A stretch of 64,000 bases of DNA from Tubulanus polymorphus (Eukaryota; Animalia; Nemertea): contig NC_134027.1 of the NCBI RefSeq assembly GCF_964204645.1, positions 10,758,485-10,822,484 on the forward strand, in the 5' to 3' direction. The stretch's first letter is position 1. Each line of letters opens with the position of its first letter. The position numbers were made by a program, and so were the translations under genes. Shown here in pieces: positions 24,823 to 38,034 of the stretch. The notes beneath the pieces are model-generated. The model was not told where the DNA came from. It worked only from the letters and a program-made list of their open reading frames with translations, and made no database searches.

Positions 24823-26587
24823 GCATCATTTTCGATAGTATTTTAGTAACGAGCACATTTCTAGTGAACTAATAAGGCATAGACAGGCCAGTTCAACCCA
24901 GGCCGAATCATCGTGTGATCGTGGCTTATGTATGCTCGACATATTGTTTGTTTTACTTGGTAAGCGGGAGTAACGGCTGGGACTTACGGGGACTTCTGAG
25001 ATGCGTTTAAAACATTAATTGCCAATCTAGCATCGTCATGCCGTTTGTAAATTATGTCAATCGATTAAAAATTAATTTCGCTAACCTGCACTCAAATATC
25101 TTACATTCGTACAATCGGCAATTATATTCGGTTTATTCGTATATTCACGGAAACTATTTGCTAAACGGTGTCGAGTTTCGATAAATCACCGAGATGGGTT
25201 TCGTCAAACGGCTGTTCAGGCGGGCGCGTTGATGAAATGAAATAGTTTTGAATTACACTGAAGTGTGCTCGTGTGCGCGCATGTGTAATCAATTTCAATG
25301 TCCGCTTTAAAACCGTGCACCCTTCATATTCCGGATTCAAGGGGGGAGAGGGAGAGAATATGACATAATTTCACAGGGATGTGCTTCTATTATCAAGAAG
25401 AACGGACCGCATTTCGCGAGAGTCTTAAGCTCGCTTACTCATTGCGAAACCTTTTGTCAAAATTTTTCCCCATAATTTGATTTGATTAAAAAGACTTCGG
25501 TAAACCTCGCGTGAGGTCGGATCTTACCAAGAAAAATCTTCCGAGTTCAAAAAGCTCAGATTTGCAGCTTTTGTTTTGAAAACGACAACTCAAGAATTAG
25601 TTTCTGTTAACGGAAGATTAAATTAACATCTACAAGAAATGAATTTAAAAATCCGAACTATTTCGGGTTTATTGCACTAACCGCAACTAAAACAAACGAC
25701 TGTTGACATGTATCGTCGATTTCCAGCCAGGAACAGGGAAGAAATCGAACTGGCCTTCGACTTTCAGTTAGCAATTTAGAATTTGATTTTTAGATTTGAA
25801 TTTTTATTTTGGGACCGAAAAAACTACTACGAGTTTCCAACGCTTGGGGATATGAATTTCTTTGAAAAAAGAGAATGGAAAAATCACGACCATGAAAACT
25901 CATCCGATATAAGCAATCATCCAACTTTCTGCGATCCGACTTACGCAAGGATTTCGGCGTATTTTATATGAAGTAGTAAACTAGCTCTATCGTGAAAGAG
26001 ATATCTTCGCATCAACTTCTCCGTACTTCAAATAGCTGAAATCCCATCCGAGGGTATAACTGCGCGCGGTTCAGATTCCATGTCGCGTCCGCAATGTGTA
26101 TCGAATTTCTGCACCGCTACTATACGTCGCTAAGAACCGGTACGGATTTCAACAGAAACGGTAGATAAATCGTGTGCGCGCATGAAATGTAATTTTGATG
26201 ATGCTCTTGATTTTGTAGAGACGACGCCCGAGGTGTTCACTCGCGAGTATGAAATGAGAATTTGATAGCGAGTTAGCGCGCCGCCGCGTCGCAAATCTCA
26301 TTTGACCGAAATGAGAAGTCGAATCGAATTCTCAGATGGACAGGGGCCGGATCGAAATTTTTCCACGCTGCGTTGTTGAATTTTTCTTTAGCGGTAATAA
26401 ACCTAGACGAACGTGTTTCTATATTGGAATAATCGAATTTAAGATGGCGGTCCGCTTTGATGGGTTTTGCGTAAACTTGTGAGCATTGAAGAATATAGAA
26501 TAACTTAGGTTGAATTTGTTATTAAGCAGACATCATCCCTCTGGCCAAAATCCGACTGACAGAAGGAAAAAATACCACACAACTTAA

Positions 26588-26841
26588 CTTTTTCAGCGTG
26601 CAATGTATGAATCAGTGATGACATGGCTAGTACACCGCATTGAAGTGTAATTGATGTAATTAGTATCTCTATTGAAAGATGGCAGCACCTGTCAAGCATA
26701 GTTGATAATTAGTTAACTAATGATACGCTGCACTGTGGTGTAGATGTACAATAGCACTATGACTGTCATTCAACGCGCTGGGGTGGAATTTTCAAATTAT
26801 CTCCATCACTTTCAGGTATAAATTAGTCAGCACTGAAAGAG
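26588..26841 (-). mobile_element. piggyBac-like MITE copy
   Basis: Reverse-orientation homolog of 36610-36952; ttaa at the left flank. Confidence 0.6.
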
Positions 26842-28625
26842 TTATTAAATCTTGGTAGAGTTTGACATGTATTGTATTGAATTTGGGAGACACCGAGTCC
26901 CTAAAGCAAAGGCTAGGTTCGGGGTTATGGTTTGTAATGTCATCCATTTTATATACTTTTTCATGATATTGGATACCACAAATGTTTCAGACAGCTGGAA
27001 GTAACCATGGTGTCGAGGAAAAATGCAATTCCATATTTCTAACAATTGGGTTCACTTATTAGTAGTGTAATCGAAGAATGCCATCTAAGATATGAATTTT
27101 GGCAACAAGATTTTATATATCAATGAGGTAGAACATATGTCGGGCATTTTGAAGTGAAAAGGGTCAGAATGATTCTGCAATACATTAAACTATCTTCCTT
27201 TAGATAGAAACTATCTTCCTTTCGCATAGACCTTTTTCGCTTCAGAATGCCGCAACATTTGTTCCATTAAAAAAAGTTAGAAAAAATGATATTTAAGATG
27301 CTATTTTTCAATTCATCGCACCTCAATGTTAAGAAAGTGTGCTCTAGCATTTTCTTCTGTACTGTGGATGGACCTTCATCATACTCTAAACTGACGTCGA
27401 CTTTAAGTTTCTTTCGAATAATATCGGGAATAATTAATCAAATTTATCCAGGTCACTTTTTACATCGGTTTCTTTGTTATCATATTAGCGTTTGAATGGT
27501 GTAGGAATAAACGAATTATGAGAATATTTGATAGTTTGAATACTGGGAGATTGAATTCGAAGAGCCGACATGTAAATAGATTTAAAATCTGAAATTAAAG
27601 TTCATCGGAAATCAATTTGTTACAATGTAGTTGGCGATGATTGAATTTATGAGTATAGTGAATAAATCTTGCGTGCGTGTGTGCGTATGCGCTACGTGAT
27701 CAGAATTGAAATAATCAATTTATCAAGACAATTTTTATCATACAGAGTGATCTACCTGTTTGGTATCATATCAGCGTGTAAGCCAGTTATCCCACCAGAT
27801 GGCGTTACTAAATTATGGGTCAAAACCTAACTCGGGTCAGATCTGATGCGATCGCCGGGTCGTAAGGAATCAGTCACCAATTTTCCAGTTGGGGAATTTT
27901 TGCGACATGAGTGTACTTAAGATCGCTAAGACTGGTCCCGGACTAATCATAAGCTGAATGGACATGTTCTTTTTCTTACGACGATCAGATCTTTTGTGAC
28001 CTGAGCGCACTTACGACCATTCGTAAGGTCGTAGTCAATGAACAGCGATGTACACATCACATGACTTAAGCGTTCGGTTCGAAATGATCTCGGATTGCCG
28101 GTGACCTGAGTGAAGCTAAGATATTAGTGCGATCTGAGTTAGGCATTAGTATGACATCAGCTCGGCTTTAGCCGAAATTTTTAGACCGCCTAGTCTTTAA
28201 ATCATCAGCAAACGAGCCGGAGCAATCTATAAAAGAATGACTTTTCTACTTTCTATTAAGTGTAATTGATAATTGATTTACTTCTAGATATTGTGATTCG
28301 ATTAAGATTGAAATGAAGAGAAAATCAAATCGCAGATAACATACGAACTGTACTAGCGAACCTCGCAGATGCTCACTTGCCTCGGCGCGAACCTTGATTG
28401 CCGCAGTAGCATTGTCAGGAGCCGATTACTTGAGAGCATTTTTTGGAAATAAGCAGTAGTGGAAAGAATGGGATATTGCAAATTATCGACTGCTTTTTTA
28501 TTACGGCGTTTTCGTTCGATAACTATACGAGTTGGCTGGCAGAATCAGGAAATGATTTTTGTCCCATTTCGTCAATTATTGCTCGACGAACCATTAAGAT
28601 TCCGCCTTGATCACAGCGTATGTGA

Positions 28626-29497
28626 CGGCCGGCTAACGTCAACCCGCGCCGCGAAGCACCCGAGTGAGCAACCGCGATTGTAGCCCAGGTTTTGATGGCT
28701 GCGCTTCAATTATCGGTAACTGAGCCCGATTAGCGGGATGCGAGATCCAGCCTGTTGCGTCCGCGCTTCTGTCGGTTACGATCAATGGCGACTGAACCGA
28801 CTGCGGATGGTCATGTGATGAATAGTTTGAGAATAAATTTGAATTATTGCAAATATATATATATATTTGACTTAAAGAATAGATTTCAATAATTTCAATG
28901 AATTATCTGTATATGAACCATCTTTCGATAATAGATATTTCTAAGATCTTCATCTTTCTAGTTCTTGTTCAAATATAAGGTGCTAGTGACATCATACAGA
29001 GAAGGACACTCACGCCATAAAATTACAAATTTCGTGTAGATATCATCTCTCCAGTCATCTGCCATGCCGAAGAAGGTTTGCTTTCGAAACAATTAAAATC
29101 CGAAAGTTTATGACTCAATACTAATGTCATTAACTAGTGGTTGCAATTTGTACTATGCACACGCGGCCTCTGATTGGCAAGAAGTCTTTGTCGTATCGCC
29201 ACTGAGCTCAGGTTAGTTGTGCTCGAAAGCAACTGTTGGCCTACTGTAGGCCAGAGTAGAACATGGGCAACTAGCTGGATGTAGCTTGCAACGAGTTAAT
29301 TGGCATCGGGTTATGTCAGCCTACCATAGGCCGGAGTAGGCAACTGGCATAGGCGACAAGTTAGTTGGCATTGGGCTTATGTCAAGCAGATAGGACGGGT
29401 AGCTGGCGGCCTACAGCTATTATTTAATGACTACTTTAATTTTGCTGATAATCCCAGTTACTTTGGTAGGTGTCTCAGGTCGACGTACACCAGCCTT
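28626..29497 (-). mobile_element. Degenerate reverse copy of the 57810-58582 element
   Basis: 28665-28850 matches the reverse complement of ~58350-58525; 29160-29390 matches ~57910-58100; TIR remnant gtcgacgtacaccagcct at the right end. Confidence 0.55.
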
Positions 29498-30157
29498 AAG
29501 TATCACTCGGGTGACCACCACGTCGTCTTAACATATGTTTGAATGTGTGAACTTTTTTATCAGCGATCACCGGTGCAACACATCGAACTAACATGCCCTA
29601 TCACAATTGAAACTCGAGATAAAACATGTACGACAAATTCGAATTTAGTACGGCTACAAGATTTTCACTTTCCACTTGCCTGAACATCTATCTATTAAAC
29701 TCAGACAATTTATCGCGTGGGCCTAAAAATCCAACGGGAAAATTCATAGATTTTTCCTGGCGGGAAAAAGTGTCTGGCTAGAAATGAACAAATGATTTAA
29801 ATCGGTATAAGTGTAAGCAGCTGCTGGAAATTGAATTACCTGATGATTGATCGATTGTTTTTCATCTACAGGTCAATCAACTCGCGCCGACGAAATTGTG
29901 AAATTGTTACCTGACAGACTGACATTCTGTTGCAAAACAAAAATCAATCATATACATGTACTTTCAAACCTATGCTTCCTGATTCCTGCGGTACCTGATT
30001 TTCAGTATTTGTTACTATGTGTAATTGGAAATACTGATTTGATTTGTTTGATGCATACAGAAATATGAAGATGTTACTGAGGATCTTACTGTTGATTAAA
30101 ATAAATCCTGCATGTATAACCTGTATACATGCACTTTTAAACCGTCCTATGCTTAAT

Positions 30158-30379
30158 CAGAGCTTCCTGATTCCTACCGTTCCTATTTATCAGTTGCTAT
30201 TTCGTAATGGGAAATATTGAAATTGTTTGATGCGGCATACAGAAATATGAAAGATGTTACTGAAAGTGTTAGTGTTGATTACGGATTAGTTTGAACATTT
30301 TCATTGATATATCAATGAAATGTTATTGAAAAAATTTCAATTTGTTACTGATATCACTTTCAAGAGGTTGGCAGCCCTG
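30158..30379. mobile_element. hAT-like MITE with 6-bp TSD
   Basis: cagagcttcc / ggcagccctg ends; cttaat on both flanks. Confidence 0.7.
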
Positions 30380-30784
30380 CTTAATCTCATCGAACACTTG
30401 GCTGTTGAAGGGTCAAGGTTTGAAAATGGGAAACAATGTATCCTTAGTTAATACTGGTATATCATGTTGATTTCAATGAAATGTAGGCGAATTTCTGACG
30501 TTAATGTGATGTTATTATGAGACATAGGAAACTGATTCATTGATAGGTAAATCCCTGACTCCTGATAATGACACTGTTAGAATATCGAGAAGGGTTTTTG
30601 GAACGATGTGTGAGGATTGTTGAGAGAAATGTGAATACATCCTCAAACAGAACTGGTACTGATATCGGTGAAATGATAGTAGCGCAGGTTGAAAAGACCC
30701 AAGTTCGCACAAAAATACCTTTTAACTTTTAAACTTTATAACCACAAATAGAAAACTACATCCTCCCCCGGCAGGTATTCGAAG

Positions 30785-30883
30785 CTGATGGCATTGAAAC
30801 TCACCACGGTACAAAACGCTGCCACACTAGACACGGGCTAGCACAGCAGCGTTTCATACCGTGGTGAGTTGCGATGCCATCAG
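30785..30883. other. ~100-nt hairpin formed by two back-to-back tRNA/SINE-like heads
   Basis: ctgatggcattgaaactcaccacggtacaaaacgctgc pairs with gcagcgtttcataccgtggtgagttgcgatgccatcag; degenerate A/B-box-like motifs on each strand. Confidence 0.5.
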
Positions 30884-30929
30884 GTTCCAATTTCTCCTGG
30901 GTAGGACGAGGAAACACTCGTAAGGATTC

Positions 30930-31111
<182 letters not shown>

Positions 31112-31616
31112 GGGAAATTGACTGGACTCAGCGGATACAAAGTCCAACTGAAACATCGATACAGTAAATTTACCTTTACTTCGTAAATATGATATACTAT
31201 TATACCGCAATTTTAGTATGCATGTCCCGGTATGGATGTTTGTTTTTAAAATTCCACGGTTCGCAGCGCCGATACTGCATATTCGACGATTATTTCGCGA
31301 TTGTCACGGCTGCTGATCATTCGGTTACCGTCCGCGGGGTATCACAGTTTTCGTGGATATCATAGCCGAAATCGCGGCTTCCTCGGTCACCGTTGGCGCC
31401 GGCTCGATCGTGGTTTCGATCGAAGTTCTTGTCGTCGTCAATGCTCGTCAAATTGTAATGAATTTCGACCTTCGTCGTTTCTAGCGGATTGTTTGGAAGG
31501 TTATATAATTTATGTTTTTGCTGTACAAAAGTGGCGCCATTGTCGCTGCCGGCGTCGTTTTGTCATCTATCGTTCACCATCGCTTTGACCATGCTAGCAG
31601 TCCGGTTCACGGCTAG

Positions 31617-32735
31617 TCATACGGCGTCGTCCACGCTTTCCGTCGACTTGGCGTTCAAGTAGTCGCGCGACCGGCGACGTCCGCAGATCATCTGGCGGAG
31701 GATCTGGCGAAACTTCTTGCCGAGCATGCAGTAGATGATGAAATTGCACGCCGAATTCAGAGTCACTAGTAAATTCGATACAACGATGTAGGTGTCGTAT
31801 TCGACCGATTGTATACCGACGAATACCGAGTCGATCACGTTGACCAGCAACGCCGGCGTGGCGCAAACGTAGAACACGACGACGATGCAAATCGGTATGA
31901 TCGTGATTTTGTGTTCCTTTTTCACCTTTTTGTTCATGCTGCCCCACTGCTTCTTCGACACCTTCAACGTGTAGACGAGTTGCAAGTTCAAGACGGTGAT
32001 CACGACCACCGGGACGAGGAAAAGTATGAGGAAGTAGAGAAACACGCAGTACGTGTATCGGTAAATGAGGTTCTCGCCGATTTCCGACTTGTTGTACGTG
32101 TACATGGTCGTTTCATCGTCGAGTTGTTCCTCCATGATTTGGTATTCGAGAAAGCGCGGCACGTTGTACAGTATCGAGAACAGCGTCACGAACGATACGG
32201 AGATGCGCGCGCGCTTCAACGTGCACATCGAGCCGGCGCGCAACGGCCGACACACGGCGATCCAACGCTCGATCGACACGAGAACGGTCAGCCAAACGGA
32301 GCTCATCTGCGCCATCATGATTATCGGCCACAGCGAGATGTTCAAATAGCCGATGATCACGTACAGGCCGTAGAACGCGCCGGTGTAGTTGTAACAATTC
32401 GCCATCACTTGCAGAAACAGAACGGTGGCGAGTAATACCGAATCGGAAATGGCGAGCGCGCGCAATATGAAAAACAACGGCAGTTTACTGTTGTCCTTGC
32501 CCAACACGATCACCGATAATATGTTGCCGAGCACGCCGAAGCCGCATAGTAATCCGGTGCCGTAAATTCCAACAATTGTAACCAATAGAAACAACGGATT
32601 GTCGTCGTGCGGCGATGACGGCGACGATGATGATGTTAGATCCGATGAATTTAGATCCGTCGTCGTTTTGTTGCCGGCGTTGAAGAAGTTGTCGGTGAAG
32701 TTGTAGAGTAAATGATCGTCGGCATAATCCGTCAT
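31617..32735 (-). CDS. Class A (rhodopsin-like) neuropeptide GPCR, FMRFamide-receptor-like, intronless CDS, 372 aa
   Basis: Seven hydrophobic segments; GNILSVIVL (TM1), LAISD (TM2), SIERWIAVCRPL (TM3, DRY-equivalent), LYNVPRFLEY (TM4), NSACNFIIYCMLGKKFR (TM7; NFxxY is typical of the FMRFaR/SPR/myosuppressin receptor group); N-terminal sequons NFT, NKT, NSS; splice acceptor 152 nt upstream (exon begins at 32887). Confidence 0.92.
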   Translation of the reverse strand: MTDYADDHLLYNFTDNFFNAGNKTTTDLNSSDLTSSSSPSSPHDDNPLFLLVTIVGIYGTGLLCGFGVLGNILSVIVLGKDNSKLPLFFILRALAISDSVLLATVLFLQVMANCYNYTGAFYGLYVIIGYLNISLWPIIMMAQMSSVWLTVLVSIERWIAVCRPLRAGSMCTLKRARISVSFVTLFSILYNVPRFLEYQIMEEQLDDETTMYTYNKSEIGENLIYRYTYCVFLYFLILFLVPVVVITVLNLQLVYTLKVSKKQWGSMNKKVKKEHKITIIPICIVVVFYVCATPALLVNVIDSVFVGIQSVEYDTYIVVSNLLVTLNSACNFIIYCMLGKKFRQILRQMICGRRRSRDYLNAKSTESVDDAV

Positions 32736-33900
32736 ATTGCCTGCGATTCTATAAATCGCTGACGTTGGGTGTTACGAAAACGGTAATCCGGTTGCGTAGC
32801 GTTGTTCGCAGTTTTCAAAGCGGTATTCATTAAATCCCCTGGAATTTCACTTTCTCCTATTCATTATTAATCGCGACCTCGATTCGTCTGAAAAAGGGAA
32901 AAAAGGGCTTCATGAAATCCATTCCTAGTTCAAACAATCTATTATACATTTTCAGTTATTTAGATGGTAGAGAGTCCGAGGCTTAAATGAAATGATACTT
33001 GTTCCTCCTAATCTGCCGGACGATTTGTAATTTTACGGCTAAAGATGAAGTGATACCTCCACGAATCTCCTTATCAGCTAATTTCATAAACTACGATAAA
33101 ATTTGTAACCAGTTCATTTTTCTATAACTGCTGCGTCTGTTATTGTTAGCTTGATCATGATTTTGATTTTTTTGATGTACAGGGTAGATAGGTGGCCGGC
33201 CAGGTCAACTCAGCAGAAATCACCCACCAGGTATCAATTTTTCAGCCTGAACCACACTGTTTTTATTTTATACACGGAATCTATTTTGCCCTTTACTTTT
33301 AGAATGGTAAATTGGTAGATATTGCACTCCGTTAGAAAACTAAATTTTTGCATTTCAAACAGTGATTTTTTTTCTTTTAACGAAGCAGTAATGTTATCAA
33401 TTGAAGTTTTCATGCGTGCTAACGCAGTCACGTTTTAGTCCCGTGATTGTTATAGCTAGGATTTATCGATCGCGCCGAATCGATGTGAATTAAATGTGAA
33501 TTAAGGCGATCTACTTATACTAATAATTTACTCATAGACTCTTAAAACGATTCCAGTCGAGTACTGCGCTCGTTTACCGTTGCCATTTGATCCTTCTATT
33601 GGATTTCCTTTTCTTTTTTTTTTAATGAGCAATTGATTTGAAGAAAAAAAATATTAGTTGAATTTTGATTAAAAGTGCGGAATTGAAGTTCCGTGTAACC
33701 TGCGTATTATGTCCTAAGAACGTACAAAATCGGCGGCGTTAAGGTGATATTTATTGGATTAGATTCCGTTCGCCCCGAAACAGTTCTAAGAAATCAGATT
33801 AAAACTCGTCGGTGAAATCGAAAACTGACTGAATTTCGTATCGAACGCGTTCGCTTCAACAGACGCCATCAATACAGCTTCGTGGAACATAACGGCAGGG

Positions 33901-34670
33901 CAAAATTAACGTGTATGAAATATCATTTCTTCATTTAGAAATTACCTCCTATTCTAATACTGCTACTGTGGCAACCAAAGATTCCCCTAGTTCGGTTACA
34001 ATGCTTAGATATCATGTACATTCTCATGGACATCCTTATTAAAAATCAAAAATTAACGTGTATGAAATATCATTTCTTCATTTAGAAATTACCATCTAGC
34101 CACCTATTCTAATACCGCCGCCGTGGCAACTAAGGACTGGTAAAGAATCCCCAAGTTTGGTTACCGCGCTTCAATATCATGTACATTCTCATGGACATCC
34201 ATATCAAAAATCAAAAATTAACGTGTATGAAATATCATTTCTTCATTTAGAAATTACCTTCTAGCCACCTATTCTAATACCGCCGCCGTGGCAACTAAGG
34301 ACTGGTAAAGAATCCCCAAGTTTGGTTACCGCGCTTCAATATCATGTACATTCTCATGGACATCCATATCAAAAATCAAAAATTAACGTGTATGAAATAT
34401 CATTTCTTCATTTAGAAATTACCTTCTAGCCACCTATTCTAATACCGCCGCCGTGGCAACTAAGGACTGGTAAAGAATCCCCAAGTTTGGTTACCGCGCT
34501 TCAATATCATGTACATTCTCATGGACATCCTTATCAAAAATCAAAAATTAACGTGTATGAAATATCATTTCTTCATTTAGAAATTACCTTCTAGCCACCT
34601 ATTCTAATACCGCCGCCATGGCAACTAAGGACTGTTAAAGAATCCCCAAGTTTGGTTACCGCGCTTCAAT
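33901..34670. repeat. Tandem array, 165-bp period, ~4.7 units
   Basis: aattaacgtgtatgaaatatcatttcttcatttagaaattacc starts at 33904, 34051, 34216, 34381 and 34546; units 2-5 are nearly identical. Confidence 0.95.
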
Positions 34671-35692
34671 TTCTTCGACATTTCAATTATATACGAATCA
34701 ACTTTTCTCATTAGTAAAATCGATTTCCAGTAAAACAAAACTATACGGTACACTCATTGGGAACAGTATTCTTATATCTATTTGATGACTCGTTTGATAA
34801 AACATTTCCATTTGGGAGCGCAAGAAACCAGTTCTTCTTTCAGTACGTATGCATGTATTGTTACGCATCTGGTGAGTGCTGGTGCCCCATTAAATCGAAA
34901 TGATCTTGTTTTATAGAGTACTTGAATTACAAGAGAAAAAAGTCAGGACTTTAAACCTACAAATTAATTATCAATATTCGTTAAAAGTATCTCTTTCGAA
35001 CCTACTTACAAGGGTGCTTGCGTTTCGAGCGGATTTAACGAGTACTGCTATCTCTATTCGATGACTCGTTTTATAACGTTCCCTGATTGAAAATTTCGAA
35101 TGGATAGCTGGTCGCGTTATCTCGGTGCTGGTAGAGCTCGTCGTGGCGGTTTATCGCATACAAATTTTCCTGCGCCAGTAACGCGCCAGCCTTGTAGCCC
35201 GTTTGATAGATGGAGCCTCATCAGAATTATCCCGTTATTATATATGACTCTTCAGCGTGTATATACGTTGGCGTTGAGAGGGTTAATGGACAATTGAGCC
35301 TCCGCGCTTTGACACCTATTTTCCATATTTGTTTTGGGCCGCCTGTTTCTAGTGGATTGATATGGAGAGTCTAGTAATCGAGGTGACTTGCATTCCTTGA
35401 TGGAAACCAAGTAATATGTATGATAAGTATGATAAATTATTTGGATAAATATTTCCTGGCATTGAAAATATTCTATCGCCGGTTGGACCGATAACTTATT
35501 GCGCAAACCCATAGTGTTAACCCCAACCTGAAACCCATGGCGGTCAAAAATAAGTTTTTCAATTTTGTTCAGTAAACGATCATAGAATGATCGCAACTAT
35601 AGAGGAAAAATAACTAATTACTGAGTAACGACATTCAGGTAGTAGTACAGCAGACTCCTCAGTCGAATCCGTACAATTCGGATAACCGCTCA

Positions 35693-35909
35693 CAGAGCTG
35701 GCAACTGTCCCTGACTGTCACGGACAGTCCCTGAAAATGCCTCACTGTCCCTGTTGGTGTTTTATGCTATTAAAAATCTATTGCTGTCCCCGAAACAATC
35801 AACTGCCCCTCTAAAGATTTTTTTTAATTCTCCATTTTTCCATATGCCACGTGTCCCTGAAAATTTACTTTATGTCCTTGATATGGTAATTGATGTGTTG
35901 GCAGGTCAG
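35693..35909. mobile_element. hAT-like MITE with internal tgtccctga repeats
   Basis: cagagctggcaac / gttggcaggtcag ends; flanks cgctca / cgttca. Confidence 0.55.
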
Positions 35910-36609
35910 CGTTCAACGCGGAGGTTTGTTGAAATATTTTTGTAACACGATTTTTGAAATACATAACATCCAACTCGGATATCACTCGTCGAGGCATACA
36001 CATTTTTACGGCTCCAAAAGAAACGTTATGGCATAGACTCAAGCGGAGTCCACTGTGTAGCCATTCTGACCCAGAAGCTTCGTGCATAGATCCTCTACGA
36101 TCCGAAGTGAATCGAGGAAAGTCTATTCCCGTGTAACGAAGTTGCGTCGTCCTTTTTACGAGTTATTTCTGAGATGTGGACGACCAGAAAGCCTGTAATG
36201 ATGGAATTATGTTGAGTTGTTGCGTTTAATTAAGCATGGAATTGTTCCATTAGACAAGTGCGTGCGTTCGCCATGTATGATAATAACAAGAAAAAATTTA
36301 TTGCATTCTGCAAATATGAATCTGATCAATTTGTTCAGGGGATGTGCTTAATGCAATAATACATATCCACAGAACATAACGAAAAAGTTTAATTTCTGAT
36401 ATACAAATTGTAATTATCATTTCATTTAGTCAGATAATTGACAAGTTGCACTCGGTCTGATGGGTTCATCATTTTTAAGAAATGAAATCACAACGTTTTT
36501 TCCACCAAATAATTGTAAAGTTATCTGTTTTCGATTTGCAGACATATGAAACGAGAAAACAAACTCGAAAGTTTATCAACACCTTGAAAATTACTCATAT
36601 ATCGCTTAA

Positions 36610-36952
36610 CCCTTTCAGTGCTGACTAATTGATACCCTATAGTGCTGGAGATAATTTCAAAAATTTTGAAAAGTTCCACCCTAGTGTGTTGAATAACAGG
36701 AATTCCACTATAGTGCTTCATAGTGCTTCAACACCGCAGTGCGGTGTATCATTAGTTATTGATATTTCACTATATTTGACAGGTACAATTAGTAATTAGT
36801 TTTTATCCCCATTGAAAGATGGCAGTAATATTTCCATCTTTCAATGGAGATAACAACTAATTCTAATTACACCAGTACACGGCAGTGCGGTGTACTCGCA
36901 AAATCCATCACCGATTGATACACCGCACTGCAGTGTAGATGCACTGAAAGGG
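36610..36952 (+). mobile_element. piggyBac-like MITE
   Basis: ttaa|ccctttcagtgc ... gcactgaaaggg|ttag; homologs at 26588-26841 and 58958-59212. Confidence 0.7.
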
Positions 36953-37746
36953 TTAGAATTGTCGAAAATGAATAATATTATATGATATAATATAACGTAA
37001 TATAGATTATATAATATTAAGGATCAGTGAAGTTGTTTTGGAAATGAATTGACCGACAACCAGACCAGCAACCTATACGATATATATACTGGTTTATTTC
37101 CATAATGTATACGTCTAGTCCCTCATGCAGCGTTTAGGAATTTGATACTTTATCAATCTTCCAGTTTTTAATCGTCCAGGCATCACATGTGTTCAGGGCG
37201 TTAACGTGTCGGGACATTGTTTTTAATAAAAACGAACAAATGGTCTACTTAAGCCATATATTATAGATTTTCTCGCCAACACACTTTCCGAAAGCGATAG
37301 TCAGTAGCTCACGCTACAATAGCCACGTTCACAAGGACATGATTTTCCCAGCTTCAAATTTGCCGGATCAGGCCCAAGTCAAATTTCTTTTGTGTCTAAT
37401 TCAGATAGGGTCTTCACATGCAAATCACTCAATACCTTACAATACTGGGACAGGGAAAAGTGGGTCACTTCAGATACCAATAAGCATTCACACGCAGTAA
37501 TTTGATCCATGTTAAAATTTGGCATGTGGCTGGTCCTACATTTTTGCTCGGGGCAAATTTGGGTCAGGTCCACTTTGGCAGTCGTGTGAACAGTTGGCCC
37601 TCAGGTCTTATCTGACTCTGGCAAAGATCCGCGATCACACGGAGTTGATTTGGACCTGGCCAAATTGGCATTGATAAGGCTCGAGTCGTTAGCGAGCACG
37701 TTCACGCGCAAACCATTCACTTGATAATAAAGTATGCTTCACTTAA

Positions 37747-38034
37747 AGGTAGGGCACACGAGCGTATTTTTTGCCTGCTGGCGGCAAATTTATGAATCGC
37801 CCGCAAATCGATCGTGTGGCCACTCACGGCAATGACGAATTCCCTCGTCTGCCCGCACTCGGCGAATTCCGCCGAGCGATCCATTTTTATCAACCAATAG
37901 GATGCATTGTTGATATCATGTGATCTGTTAACTCTCTCCCACTAAGTGCATGTCGCTGACTGCATTTCGGTTTGATCGCTACGTGTGCCCGCTCGTATTG
38001 GGCGTATAAATTCGTCGCTCCTCTGTCCCTACCT
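37747..38034. mobile_element. Harbinger-like MITE nested within a family-A MITE
   Basis: TIR aggtagggcaca / tgtccctacct; TAA on both sides; the host sequence resumes on the far side. Confidence 0.75.

Noticed and set aside
29066-29095. Second hammerhead-like motif (ccgaaga...cgaaac)
   Set aside because: Mutated core, weak helix II and no helix I/III.
31594-32435. Overlapping and antisense ORFs (up to 208 aa) within the GPCR
   Set aside because: Expected shadows of the high-GC3 codon usage; no recognisable domains.
33901-34670. CRISPR-like array
   Set aside because: Whole 165-bp units repeat with no unique spacers, there are no cas genes, and the context is eukaryotic.
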